NCBI GenBank assembly: GCA_040954595.2
Contig: CM082597.2
Coordinates: forward strand, 8,142,343 to 8,206,342
DNA length: 64,000 nt
Reading direction: 5' to 3'
Source of the DNA: Balanoglossus misakiensis
Taxonomy: Eukaryota; Animalia; Hemichordata
The first letter of the stretch is position 1; each line of letters opens with the position of its first letter. Below are positions 51,815 to 64,000 of this stretch, piece after piece. The notes under the pieces were generated by a model, which did no database searches, was not told the origin of the DNA, and worked only from the letters and a program-made list of their open reading frames with translations. The position numbers were made by a program, and so were the translations under genes.

Positions 51815-54778
51815 TTAAACCTGCCCTCTTTAAGACAGGTAGTGGTGATAAGGTATTTAGCTGCCATGCCATGGCTGTCAAAGTCTGCACACTACTCACA
51901 AAATTCAGTTTGATATATGATCTCATGATGGCAAATAGACCACTTTGTAAACATGAAGTTGAAATTTTGGCAATAAGGTGCACAAGTTTTGGGAATTGGT
52001 TTCCTGTTGCATTCCCAAATGCAAACCTATCAAGGAAATTCCATGTGATGACTGTAGAAGTTGTACGCAAAGAAAGAAATTTGCAAACTGTTGGCATGGA
52101 AACTGAACAAGTAACTGAAAGTATCCACTGTTATATTAACAAACTAAACAGAATGTATGCAACTGTACAAAATACAGCTAAGCGACAAGAACTTCTTGTC
52201 AAAACACACAATGTATTCAGTAACCCGGGTCTTCCTGATCTTGCTAAGACCAAGCCCACATAAAGAAGATGACATAGGACAAGTCACTATGTAGCTGTTA
52301 GTCTGTTACAGACTTTAAGTGTATGGGAACATACATGTACTTTATTGAACCCACTCTGCATCTGAAGTGTATGTAATAAAAGCATGTGATTGTTACTTAA
52401 AATACAGTGAGGTGTGATTTTCTTGTTTGCATTTTGGTTAATGTTACTTTGTCTGTTCTAGACATTGTCATTGTTTTTGTTTGTTTTGTTTTGGAGTGAA
52501 TGGGCAATGAATGCAGCCTGGTCAGAAGTCTGAGTCCCAAATGTTTGAAGTTGTCATCCATGACCTAAGAAAAAGTGGAGCAAACCATAGACGGCTTCTG
52601 TTGCAGTGATTCAAATACTTTGAGATGAACGGTCGACCCAGCATAAACAGCATATACAACTTCAGCACCGAAGTTTTCTGAGAAAGATGACAAAACTTTA
52701 TTTTTCCATATTTTTAAACAAACCTGACCCATTAGAGTTACCAAAATATGTTAAAATTTCTTTGGATGTTGAACGGTTTTTCAACCCAATATTGGAAAAA
52801 ATCTTAGGAACCTAAAATGATCTCATGAATATTAATGAGCTTGAGTTGTGTGAAGTTAATCAGATCCACCGTATATATATTCCTATGTAAACTGTCAACC
52901 ACAGTTAAGGTGTTTTCGACTGCCTATCGTGTACTAAAGTGTGTAGAATAATATCACACTACGAAATTAGAACTCTGAATCAGGCAATATTATTATCATT
53001 TTGCGTTTTTTTCGGTACATCATCCGAGCTGTTGATTAATTACTATAATTTGTAGGAACATACATTCAGAACGACTGCATCGCATCGGCGCTAACGCGGA
53101 AGCGAGTTACCGCTGTTAATATGTAAACAGATCGACATCGGCGATGTAAACGTGGCGAAATTTACATGGATATTGAAGGGGTTATTTTATTCTTCACGGA
53201 AAATATCGTTTTCGGCGTTATAAAGTCCGTTAAATTTTGAATATTTAATGAGAAAGTGGGAAAATGACGTTTTTCTGCACTTCCGCACTCGATCTTCTTC
53301 AAATTTTCTGTGTAAGCATTCCTGAATTTTGGCCTTATCATCCTGGGCATTGATTAGTTCAGATTTTGGATCAAAGCCTTATATATGTAATAGAGAATCA
53401 CCGACCCCGAGGGGGAGGTGGTTCTCTAACTTAAACCACGATCCCCCACAGACATTGTCACCATTGGAGCTTTGTGTGCCACAAAGACGTCGTTTTACTC
53501 AACGATTCAATAAAATGAACGAACAAAGGCTTATCAAAAGAGGCTTATTCTTCATTGCTGACTGTGAAATTTGGTTGGCCACCCCTTTTCCTATAAATGA
53601 ATCATGTCGTGGGCAGGGAGTTCTAGACCGCCCTGCTGGGCCTTACAAGATCGCCCACGCTTGACAGGTGTTACTCTAAATGTTCATACTTACGTGTCGG
53701 AGTGATATGCTCATTTCAAACTTCAATTTGCATCAAATTAAACTTTACAGGTGTGTTACGTACTGTATTATGGAAAGGGTTACAGCTATTGGGGTTTTGC
53801 GTGCACATGGTAAGCTTACGCGAAAATGTTCTAGGCCAAATGCAGTAGGCCTACATGTAAGTGTCACGTTTTTTTTTATTTTCCTTCAAATGTCCATGAA
53901 ATCGATCTGAAGATACATGTAGTTCCGATCTATATCATCTGCGAAAACAAGCGGCTACATGTTGGTAAAGCAAAAACCGGGTCACAATGCTCTACATGGT
54001 ACTACTGCCCGTCTGTGTATTGGCCTCCCTGGCTTTTGAACGAACCACTCTCTACGAGCCACAGCGGCAACGCGTCTGTATGGTAGCGATATTGGTGAGT
54101 AACTCATCTGCGAAAAGACTTGATACCGAAGTGAATCCGTCCGACATTACAAACCCACGTCTGGTGAACAGCAACAAAAAGTAAGCAGAATTTTGCAAGG
54201 TACGCGGGTTTTGTTAAACAGTAGGCCTAAAACAGCCAACCTTGTTACATGTCGGTAGTGAAGCAAAATCGAAGTGAAGCATCTGGTTAGAGTAATACAA
54301 GCAAAAATGGGGATAATGTGATTTAGTATAATTTTCTAGAAATTTGTAGTAAATTTATTGCAACGTTAGTTTGTTTCTGGTGAATTGATTTTTGTCTATT
54401 TTATACTTTTATTATCATGTTATGAAGACTCTCGAGAGCCACCAAGACATTAGCTTTGTACGTCAGTAGACAAAACTGTGAATGTGAAGCATTGAATGAA
54501 ATGATCCGGAGACTGTCGCATATCCAGTTCGCTTTCAATTAACATAACAATTACTCTATTCAAATGAAATGTACTTTGAATACAGGTATAGAAGTAAATG
54601 TAATTATGCAAATAAAGCATTGTGTATTTGTATTTTTGTTACGACAGGTGAGACTGAGTCCTGCGGTAGTTCTAGAACCCCACGTTTTTCCCATTGTGCT
54701 TTGCGTGACAATAGGGGTCATGCAGGTCATGGGCGATCGATTAGATTGTCAAGGCGCTTATGGCGGCGAACGCTCGTG

Positions 54779-57700
54779 TGAGGTGAGATCACAACAAGTG
54801 ATGACTCATAGAGGAGGAAGCACAGCATGTGATGACTCATCTAACTTGTCCACTTACCTAGACATTTAGGACAGCACTGCCCTGGTACACTTGCAAAATT
54901 AGAACATGTTGTGGCTTCACACACTGTTAAATTACAAGTCACAGTACCATCCTGTAAATACAAATTATTTAATGGGTTATTATTATAGAAATTATGGACG
55001 ACCATTGACCCTGACCCTGACCATTGATACTTTTAATAGTAAAGGAATGTATGTGTGCACCAATGTTCATGATGCATGTAGACTAGACAATGTTTCTCCT
55101 ACGTGTATTAGTGGAACATTTTTGTTTTGGTTTTAAGGTCTCTGTACGTATGATTTTTATTTTGTATGCATTTTTCCACAGCTTATGCGTACAGTGTAGG
55201 TAACTCGAAAAAAAAAAACCTTAAGTCTTGGCATGAACACACTGCGTGTGCTTATAACCCTCAAAGCCAAAAGTGCTCGAACACAAGATGTATTCTTCAT
55301 TAAAAGGACAAAGTCTCTCTCTCGCAACCCTTTATCCATTAATAATGTTTGATACAAGACACCGTTTATGTTATTCTACATGTGGATATATAGTGAATCA
55401 ACGTTCAACCACCCACAATTTCTATCCCGTTTGTAGACACGAGAGTGAAAAACTCGCCGAAATAAATAATTGGTCTCTACCATTTATCCATTTTGGGCGA
55501 GTTTTTACTCTCATATCCTTCAAACGGGACGGAAGTTGTGTGTGGTCGAAAGTTGATTCACTACATGTATATATCCACATGTAGAATAACATAAATAATG
55601 TCTTGTATCAAACATCATTAATGGAAAGGGGCAGCTAGAGAGAGACTTTGTGCAGTGATGAGAACTTACCAGACACAGGCAGGATCTACACACATCACCA
55701 AGAGGGTTGAAGAGATCACCATCAGCATACAAGATATTATTGTATTCACACAGACTACAGTCTGGACAGCAATCAGAAGCTGTGTACAGTCCATGCTCAC
55801 ATGTTACTGGACACTCTAATTCTGTACAGGTAATCTTGGAATCAGGCTGAAAGAGGAACGACAACAATCAGGTTCATACTGTAAAACAGTTTACTTTCGC
55901 GAGTCGAAATTTTCACGATATCGAGAGAGGCCACTGTTTCCCGAGTATTAATTTTCACATTCTCTTATTTCATTCACTGCATCGTTATCTTCAAAAAAAA
56001 TGTTATGCGACTTTTTATTTTCATGCTATTTTGGCTCTCGCATAGTTCGCGTAAATTTATTGTTCGCGAAAATAACATGTTTTACAGTATTTTGTAGTAG
56101 AAAACAGACATAGATATGACTAAACTCCTGACCAGTAACCTTAAATTGTTTGAGGTATGTACGAGGTCAGATCTACATAGTCGACATCCAACACATTCTC
56201 AAAAAAGTGAAGTCTGCTCCAAGGGTTTGCATCAAGCAATCAGTTGCACCTTTTGTTTAATACACAGAAATGACTGAACTGTGAAGAATTTGACCAATCA
56301 GAAATCTTGTTAGATCTGTGCTACTGCATTCTGTGTTCTTACCTGACAAGTACAGCTCTGGCATGGACCATTCCTCTTAAACCACGTCTGTCCAAATGGA
56401 TAGCTGATTCCGGAAGCATCTACACATCCCGGATGTTGGTTGCACGTCGGGCAGCATTGTCCGGGCAGGAATGTCTGAAACTTGATTGCACAGGGAAGTT
56501 CTGGACACAGTACAGATTCACATCTTATTTGTCCATCCTGTAATTAAACAATTGCAGATTGCTACTGATGCAATAAGGACAAAACAAATAATTCTTTGTT
56601 TTGCGTCTTTCCATAAGGTACTATACTTATACCAAGTTGCACAATGATCACTTCACAGATGGTGCGAAATCATTGCAGACACATGCATGGACGGAAGGAC
56701 AGAAAAATTGATTTACTCTTTAAGTTTCCGCATTCCAAAGCATGAACTAACAACACAATTAAATTTTGGAAGTCAACTGCTGTGGCTGAAATACATTAAT
56801 ATCAGATGGAACTACAGACTGAAGTAAAAATCATAATGACTATACAACTGCCATTGAAGAATGCAATAAGGCCAACATAAATAAATTCTTTGTTTTGCGT
56901 CTATTCATAAGGTACTATACTAATGCCAAGTTGCACAATGATCACTTCACAGATGATGCTGAAATCATTGTGGACATACATGTGCATGGATGGAAAGACA
57001 GACAGACCTCTATAGGGGGAACTGGGTTGAGAGGGTGAATAGACATGTACTTACTGAACACCAACAAATTGTACAGTTCTGATTGGTTGGTTTTAACGTC
57101 TCACCACTTTGAAATTCATTACCATCAAAGAAACAACTTGCTGGGAATATACAATAAAAAGATAACATTGCAACATAATCAGCAAATGATAGACATAATG
57201 GTTAGAAATACTGTATAGTACCAAATTGAACTCCAATGTACATTGATCACATACTGTAAAACACTTTATTTTCGCGAGCAATACATTTTCGCCAAAATAG
57301 TGTGAAAATAAAATGTCGCATAATTTTTTTAAGATAACGATGCAGTGAATGAAATAAGAGAACGTGAAAATTAATACTCGCGAAACAGTGGCCTCTCTCG
57401 ATATTGCAAAAATTTCAACTTTCGAAAATTAAGTGTTTTACAGTTGTAATGCCATGTTTGGACAACCAATTCAAAATCTCTACATTATTTTTTCTTCTTC
57501 CAATTGCAAAGTAACAACAACATACAGTATGACATTTTATGTTTTACTATTCACCAATCTGATTAAAATCAGATGTAGGGAACAGCGACTTGGTTTTTCT
57601 TATGCTGTCGCCTCACACTACATCTGACCAACTCTCAATGGAGATCCCGCTGAACTCTACGAGATTTACTGGGAATATAAACCAATTAGAAGGCGCCTTA

Positions 57701-60700
57701 TAGCAAATGATAGGCAACCCACAATCACATGACCTGGCCCCTTGCGGTTGTTACCATGGAGCTACCACAGACATATATCTCGGGCGCGACAGTCGAATCA
57801 GCGTGGGGAATGGTTTCGAGCCAGTTCAGCGTGACGACTGAACCTCTATATTCCACCGGTCAACGAAATGTATAAGACGTGGCAACAAGTCGCAGTAAAA
57901 TTGTTAGAGAATCGATTACATTTGTGTAAGGCCGTCCCAGAGAGAGATTCTGTCGCCACGATCGTTTGTATACACCAGAGTGTACCGACCGACTGCATAG
58001 TGCACTGACTTGACTAGCTCTGCATGCAGGTCTGTGTGTTCCCGGCGTTACACAGACGTTAGAATAAGTTAATCGCATCATATTTGGGGTCAGTTGAAGT
58101 AGACAGGGAAAGGATTTTGCACAGATTTCGACAGAAAAAGCTGCGGTCGGGCGTCCGGGTCCGGAACGCAGACGCACCAGTTTTGTCTATGGGGCCTTAT
58201 GCAGGGCTGTGGTGCATCGGGAACACACAGACCTGAACGCGGAGCTATGACTTGACATTTCTTAGCCGAAGTTAGCGTTCTTTTTAAAAATTTGTCACAT
58301 AAATTGTTTTGGGATACATGGCAGTGAAATTTGGTTTATTTTTTATTAACTTTTACATGAAGTACGTCATTTTCCCCGACTAGCAGCATGACTACGAGGG
58401 CAAACATGACGACTTGTTAGGAGAGTTTGTAAATGATCCACGACAGTTCATCATGTGTATATGGCTACAGCTCGACGTTGCACTGCTCTGCGAAAAGCAC
58501 TCGCATACGATGACGCCAAACAAAGAAAGATATCATGGGATTACATGTAATTGTTCACAAGAGAAAGCCAATCTGTCGTATTCTGTGCGATACTCGAAGT
58601 CAACAACAAAATTTCTCCCATCTCCCAGTGCAATTCTTTAGTCGGCATAACAGTCATTCTGATTGGCCGGGTCGGAATGCGCGATTTCAGCGGGATCTCC
58701 ATTGAGAGTTGGTGAGATGTAGTGTGAGGCGACAGCATAAAAAAAACCAAGTCGCCGTTCCCTACACCTGATTTTAATCAGATTGACTATTCACTACATA
58801 TCATTAGATCAATCAGTAGATTTCTGTCACCTTACATATCTCTTCCAGTAACTGCAGGAGATAAAGCCTCTAGAGCTGCCACTTTTGCATTATTTTCATG
58901 ATTTTATTTTCCAGCTTAGATTGGTTCATCTAAATAAGTTTCTGATTGGTATACATGAACACTTTATCGATGCCTGATTGTGGCTGTATGTAGCGATTCG
59001 AAAACATAGACATGAACATCCATACAGACAGTACGCAGCTATTGTGGTATGCGTCACCAAGAGATGACAAACTGATGCAAATACAAGTTACATGGCTTAA
59101 TGGTGAGAATTTTAAAGGATAGGGAAAAGGTTTGAAGTATTTTATTGTGGAAAAAAAATGTGTGAAATTTGGCAGCTCTAGAGGCTTTAAATGTTATGGT
59201 AAGATCCACATACTGAGAATGCGGAAGAAATGGTTCTCAATATTTCCCTGAAGTTCGGAAAGACTAATCAAGAGAAAATTTCAAAGTCACCTTTACAGAC
59301 CGGACAGCATGGTCCCTGAATGGGATTTGCACACGTCACCAAAGGACAGTCGTGAACCAACACATCACACTGCCTTTCTGGAACAGAGAAAAATACAGAT
59401 CATATGAAAGGAGATGCTTCAACATTGTGGAACTGGTCACCAAATGGTAATGAATTCAACACAGTTCGATCACTTCATGGTGATTCTCTTTCTGACCAGA
59501 GGAACAGTGACATGTGATCAGAAATTGACCAATAAGAATGCAATCGTAAGTATAAATGTATCTCATGTGATCAGAAATTGACCAATGCAGTCTGTCTGGT
59601 ACTTACCAAACATTGACATTGTGAACATGTGTTGTTCGGATCAGTAAATATTTCACCGTCATTAGAAATATAACCATTGTATAAACATTCTGTTGAAAAG
59701 AAATAATGAAAAACATTATCAGGGTAGAGGTCTTGGAATAAAAAAATTACATTAAAAATTGCAATTAAATATATGTTGGCACATTTCTTGCTACCTAATT
59801 AAACCCCGGTGCGGAAAGTACTGGGGTTCGGATTAACGTGTGTTTGTATAGTTGTTTATTTGGGAGTGGTCGTCGTGCATAATGACTGTGTAATTGCTTT
59901 CATGTACATGTACACATAAAATAATTGAACACTTTACACCTCCACGCGATTGACAGCTGTTTGAATAGCGTGGTTATTGTTTCTCAGGGACGCTTCTGAA
60001 AAGCACTGAAACCAGATTTCTCCCAAAATCATCGTTGTTTCAAAAGCTCGTGTACTTTTTCGTCGATAACTTTATGTTGTGTGTTTATAAAGCCAAATAC
60101 TGTCGTTGTGTGGTGTAATTCTTTATGCTTGGACCTGTTTGGACCGATTTTCATAGAGCCAAGATCGTTGGTGTTGTCTGCTGTCAGTCAAACGGCATTA
60201 AGATTCGCCACCGGGATTTAAACAATAGTTTGTTTGTAAACTGTCTGTGTTTGGACATTGCTGAATTCTTAGGGTCAGGATTAAATTTAACCATCAACAA
60301 TAACAAGGCTGGGTATATGAAAGATAACATTTTGTTATTTTAATAGCTGAATGTAATTTTCTTTCAAATTTAACCGACCTGGAAATGGATTTAAGTATAC
60401 ATATCATTCCATGGTAGCACGAGTTTCTGCTTTACTACAAATTCATTCTCCCAATCCTGACTAGATTTGAGATGCAGATCATCCTTATGTAAATAAATGC
60501 TTCATCAATAAACTTGATGACACAACAGATCTAACTACATGTGCGGTTACCTTAACAACTATGACAACAATGTCCAGGGTTGGGCAATGGATGTGTGCAT
60601 TCATGTTTACATATCTGTTTGACACAAGTTACAATTCCTTCACTACAGGTACAGATTTCACATTCATCAACAGGACTGGTCCGTGTAGAATTGTGGTGAT

Positions 60701-61003
60701 ATTCTATATTGTTGAATACACAACCTATAGCACAAAAAGATTCGTTTGGAATCAATTATTCTTTGGAAATAATTACCAAGAGCTTTATAATTTTGATTAA
60801 AACCTTACCACTACTGGGCGTCATACCCGTTTAGAGTGTCAGGGGCCCTTAAAATATATATGTGCCCTTTTTCTTCTTAAAGGTATTTTGACTGTCTTGG
60901 CATGGCTCTCTAACGTACTTAAACACACTTGGCAGTCTGAGCCCCCTGTAAAATGTACCATATCGCACTGGTTTGCACTGTATTGGTCTGAGGGTCTTGT
61001 ATA
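54779..61003 (-). pseudogene. Partial second copy of the VWC gene
   Basis: Approximate exons: 60551-60725 (CAA>TAA stop), 59607-59690, 59291-59378 (frameshift), 57055-57140, 56343-56537, 55670-55846, 54858-54951. 54779-56020 matches 4499-5740 and 60388-61003 matches 8180-8794. Confidence 0.8.
57555..58785. mobile_element. Non-autonomous Mutator-like element
   Basis: Long TIRs starting CAATCTGATTAAAATCAG.TGTAGGGAAC.GCGACTTGG; exact 9-bp TSD ACTATTCAC (57546-57554, 58786-58794). Confidence 0.85.
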
Positions 61004-62494
61004 CACCACTTTCATAAGTAGTGCCCTGTACAGGCGATGACGTCATTCGGGGGAAAGTTTGAAGAAGCCATTTTGTCAACGGTATTTTTCTTATGTGGCG
61101 CCTGGTGTTTTTTCAACGCGGTCGCGGGAAGCTGGAAATGGCTGCAAAAATGGTGAGTGCGATTTCAGTTTTCTTCTCAAAGTCCTTATTTGGTTCTGCC
61201 AAGTAATTTCAGACTGCCGGTCACTCATAAATATTCATCGGCGGCATTAATTTTCATTACTTAAATATTTACATCCTATTACTTATTCATGTCCTCAACG
61301 TACTTGCTCTAAGCAGCTCAGTGATCCAGTTTTCATTCACAACTAATACAAAAGACCCAATAGCTACAATGACACAACATCTGAACAACTAAATACTATT
61401 AGCAACTGTTTCACACCTCTGGTTTTTGTTTTCTTCACGATCTTTTGTTTATTTAACAGCAATGTACATGGGCCAGCCAGGGCTGCAATTTTTATCACTT
61501 TCATTCCATTGACAGGCTATCCTTTGAGCTACCACTGAGCTGACTGAAGTGAATCATGAGTTTTCAGAACGGTAGAGTGGCAAATGCTGTGCAGCCTAGC
61601 TGTAATTGTGCAAATGTGAGTGATTGTTTTTCAGATGCTTCAATAATGGTTACACATGCAAAGTGAGAATTCACATATTTTCAGTAGTAATATGCCTAAT
61701 TGAAATATTCATTTGTGTCGATAAGTTTTTAATGTTTGAACTACTTTATCCAGGTGACCAGACCCCTAATTAAATGCTTTGACTTTTTTTCTATACAGCT
61801 AACTGAGGAAGACAGACCGGGTTCTGTTTTATCGAAGGATGTTGAAAAATGCAAAAAGAGTGAACTACAGTTTTGGTTAAAATGCCATGGATTAGTGCAC
61901 AAGTCGGCGGATACCAGGGCAACACTCATAACAAGGTCATTATTACTCTTGCTTTTCACTAAATAGAGTCCGATGTGTTGAATGCTGATATTGATGTAAT
62001 GGTCATTAAATGCTTTGAAATATCTATCAAAACATGTTCCTTTGTATTTCAGAGTCCGGAAGAGGTACCATGATGCCCATACTATTGTTGACCCTGATCC
62101 AGGACTGTGTTACACACGGGCGAAGAGGCTCCGTTGTCCAAGATGTAAAGATGAATACACTGTTGATAAGACTCAAACTGTGGACATTTCTAGTTGTGAT
62201 GATTGGACCAGTTCTTGTGGTTCAATACCAACAGGTTTCTCATATGTTCAAATTATGAACCATGTGAAAAAGTCGGGCAAAGTTGTTGGGGATTATGTTG
62301 AAAAACCACTTGATAAAGGGTACAATTTTTTGTTATGAAAATTATGTACACAATGTAAAAAGCTGCAAAACAGACACACATTGTTTAATCAAAGGGAGGT
62401 GTTACAGGTCCCAAAAGAAAAATGAACCGCCCCATTTTGTCAGCTTGTCACTATGTTTAGTAACAGCTGAGGTTTTTAATGCAAAGTGCTCATA
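61004..62494 (+). mobile_element. Transposon fragment encoding SAP-like and N-terminal SWIM-type region (ISL2EU/YqaJ-type accessory ORF-like), truncated
   Basis: Begins at the point where homology to 8794 ends. Exons about 61799-61934 (KCKKSELQFWLKCHGL...RATLITR) and 62053-62494 (LDKGYNF/YENYVHNV...IKGRCYRSQKKNEPPH...NAKCS), frameshift near 62330, cut off before the rest of the SWIM ligands. Confidence 0.55.
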
Positions 62495-62804
62495 ACACAA
62501 CGACATAGAAATCCCAATTTTCGAAAACGAAGATAAATTCGGATTTTTGTATGGAAATACTCATTATCAATGTCAGCCCAATCAAAAATTACAAAATTCC
62601 TTTGAAAAAACCCATGGTTGTCAAAGGGAAATTTTGAAATTGATTTTTCAATGGAAAAGTGCATAAATGTTACATTAAAGACCCTCATTATTATTTGTAT
62701 TGAATAAAAAACTAACTTTGAGCGATGCTAAATTTGATTTGACTTTTTTCAACAGAAAAACGAGCGCAGTTTAATTGTCAATGGGAAAGGAATCTTGTAT
62801 AGCT

Positions 62805-62990
62805 TGAAATCTTGCCAATTGGCAGGAAAACCGCAACGACTTAGAAATCCCTGCCAATTGGCAGGATTTTCAGGCTGTACTAGACTCCTGCCAATCGGCA
62901 AGATTTCCAGGTTGTACAAGACTCCTGCCAATTGGCAGGATTTTCAGGCTGTACAAGACTCCTGCCAATCGGCAAGATTTCCAGGCTGAC
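62805..62990. repeat. Tandem array of palindromic CTGCCAAT(T/C)GGCAG units (~37 bp period)
   Basis: About five units visible; probably the subterminal repeat of an element that truncates the SWIM ORF. Confidence 0.75.
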
Positions 62991-64000
62991 GTACCAGTTC
63001 CTGCTCATCGTCGCTATCAAAGTGCACAAGTGAGCACGTATTTTCGAGCGCACGATCGCTGAGCACGACATATTCGTCACTTGAATCAAATTACGTACTG
63101 GTTGATGAAAAAAATACTGCCATTAATCGACATGCTGACAGGCGCAGAAGACAGCCCTGATACACGGCCGAACAACCTGGCAGTAGCCCTGACCTCGAAC
63201 GCCGCGGGCCAGCTTAGGCTTGTAGTTAGTTTTGGCACAGTCACTTGGTAGATTCCATTCAATTGAAGGGTTTCCTGATTTAAAGCACCGGTCAAGTAGG
63301 CGAAGTAATTGGACTTTTACTAGCTAGAAATACTAGAAAGTAGTCATACTGAAAAATTATAACCCATGTAAGATTTCAGTAACATATATCCGTCAGTTCG
63401 TATTTTTTACTGAAAACATACTAGTACTCAATCATTGAAGCGCCTTTCCCAAGGTTGGCCCAACCTAAACATAATGGTTTATCTATTCTCTAATACTAAT
63501 TTGAATAGTAAAGGTTAAGGGTTATAAGATATATCCAGGCACAAAGGTGGCGACCCACGCGGCTAAGGTGTGAATCGCCAAACATATCTATGGAACAATA
63601 AAAATCTCCGGATTTCTATTGTTTCTGTGGACAGCGACGGTTTTCGCCAAGTTCTCAATGATGCGATTCAAACCCGGGTTTGAGCAGAGTGCCCAGCGCA
63701 AACTGTCGACGTCCAACGTTATAGCGTTGCTATCTTGTGGAAGAAGACCGGTGCACTTTAAGTAAATAAACAAGAATCAAAGAAAACTTCCAGGCTGATC
63801 AACAAGCGCAAGGGTGAACCGTTCTGGCCATTGAAAACGTGTCAAGCTTACAAGGACACCCATAAGGTAAGAATGATTGTCGTCCACTAGGTCTCTCTGT
63901 TTCCGTGATGTATGGTGACTGTGTCGCCGTCCCGTGAAGTTTTGTAGCCAGCAACATTTCTCAACGATGGGCATGTGTGTCAGGAAAGACCACCCTTTCC

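Larger units (their letters stand above)
46685..52263 (+). pseudogene. Decayed Transib/RAG1-core-like DDE transposase with N-terminal FAM60A-like Zn finger and F-box-like motif
   Basis: Ordered motifs SGDKGGNSTK (first Asp), G[V]WEWL..LIGITG...FCLHC, PLHLCLGIG, YHSGALTGPDVRK, RKFHVM, GMETEQVTESIH parallel RAG1-core D600, D708+CxxC, DALHCDIG, MNGNFARK, HKTLAH and E962 regions; multiple stops and frameshifts; intron(s) between about 48399 and 49950; MITE insertion in the last exon. Confidence 0.7.

Noticed and set aside
46685-52263. Calling this a RAG1 gene or ProtoRAG
   Set aside because: No RING/NBD motifs, RAG2-like partner or RSS-like TIRs were recognised; similarity is limited to core motif order.
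45600-53340. TTGGCCTTATC at about 45668 and 53329 as ends of the transposon
   Set aside because: Same orientation, short, and resembling ends of a separate TAAGGCCAA-type MITE family; not an inverted pair.
54660-54699. CATTGTG (reverse CACAATG), an RSS/Transib-like terminus downstream of the transposase
   Set aside because: No matching left-end copy or TSD was found; a single heptamer is expected by chance.
62805-62990. CRISPR-like palindromic ~37-bp repeats
   Set aside because: Intervening sequences are themselves repeated rather than unique spacers, there are no cas genes, and the context is eukaryotic.
63086-64000. Short minus-strand ORFs at the right edge
   Set aside because: No recognisable motifs or convincing exon structure.

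Overview
AT-rich, intron-rich animal genomic DNA. A marine invertebrate, possibly a deuterostome, is inferred only from the domain repertoire. Most short ORFs in the supplied track are noise; the real coding content is GT-AG exons, mainly on the minus strand. (1) 98-13482: a kielin/chordin-like exon chain (C8, 3 EGF, many VWC) with frameshifts, running off the left edge. (2) 14309-44853: an SVEP1-like mosaic extracellular gene (EGF, CUB, Sushi, Thr-rich mucin stalks, HYR, ephrin-receptor-like Cys repeat). It carries two tandem, three-exon, complete two-domain expansin-like modules (DPBB + CBM63-like), the most unusual feature in the window. (3) 46685-52263: a decayed Transib/RAG1-core-like DDE transposase on the plus strand. 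Its N-terminus has a FAM60A/SINHCAF-like zinc finger and an F-box-like motif, and two TTAA MITEs are nested in it. (4) 54779-61003: a second partial copy of the VWC gene with a different set of internal exons. (5) 61004-62494: a SAP/SWIM transposon fragment. Introns are dense with MITE families and hairpin elements. Family assignments come from motif recognition by eye; no searches were run.
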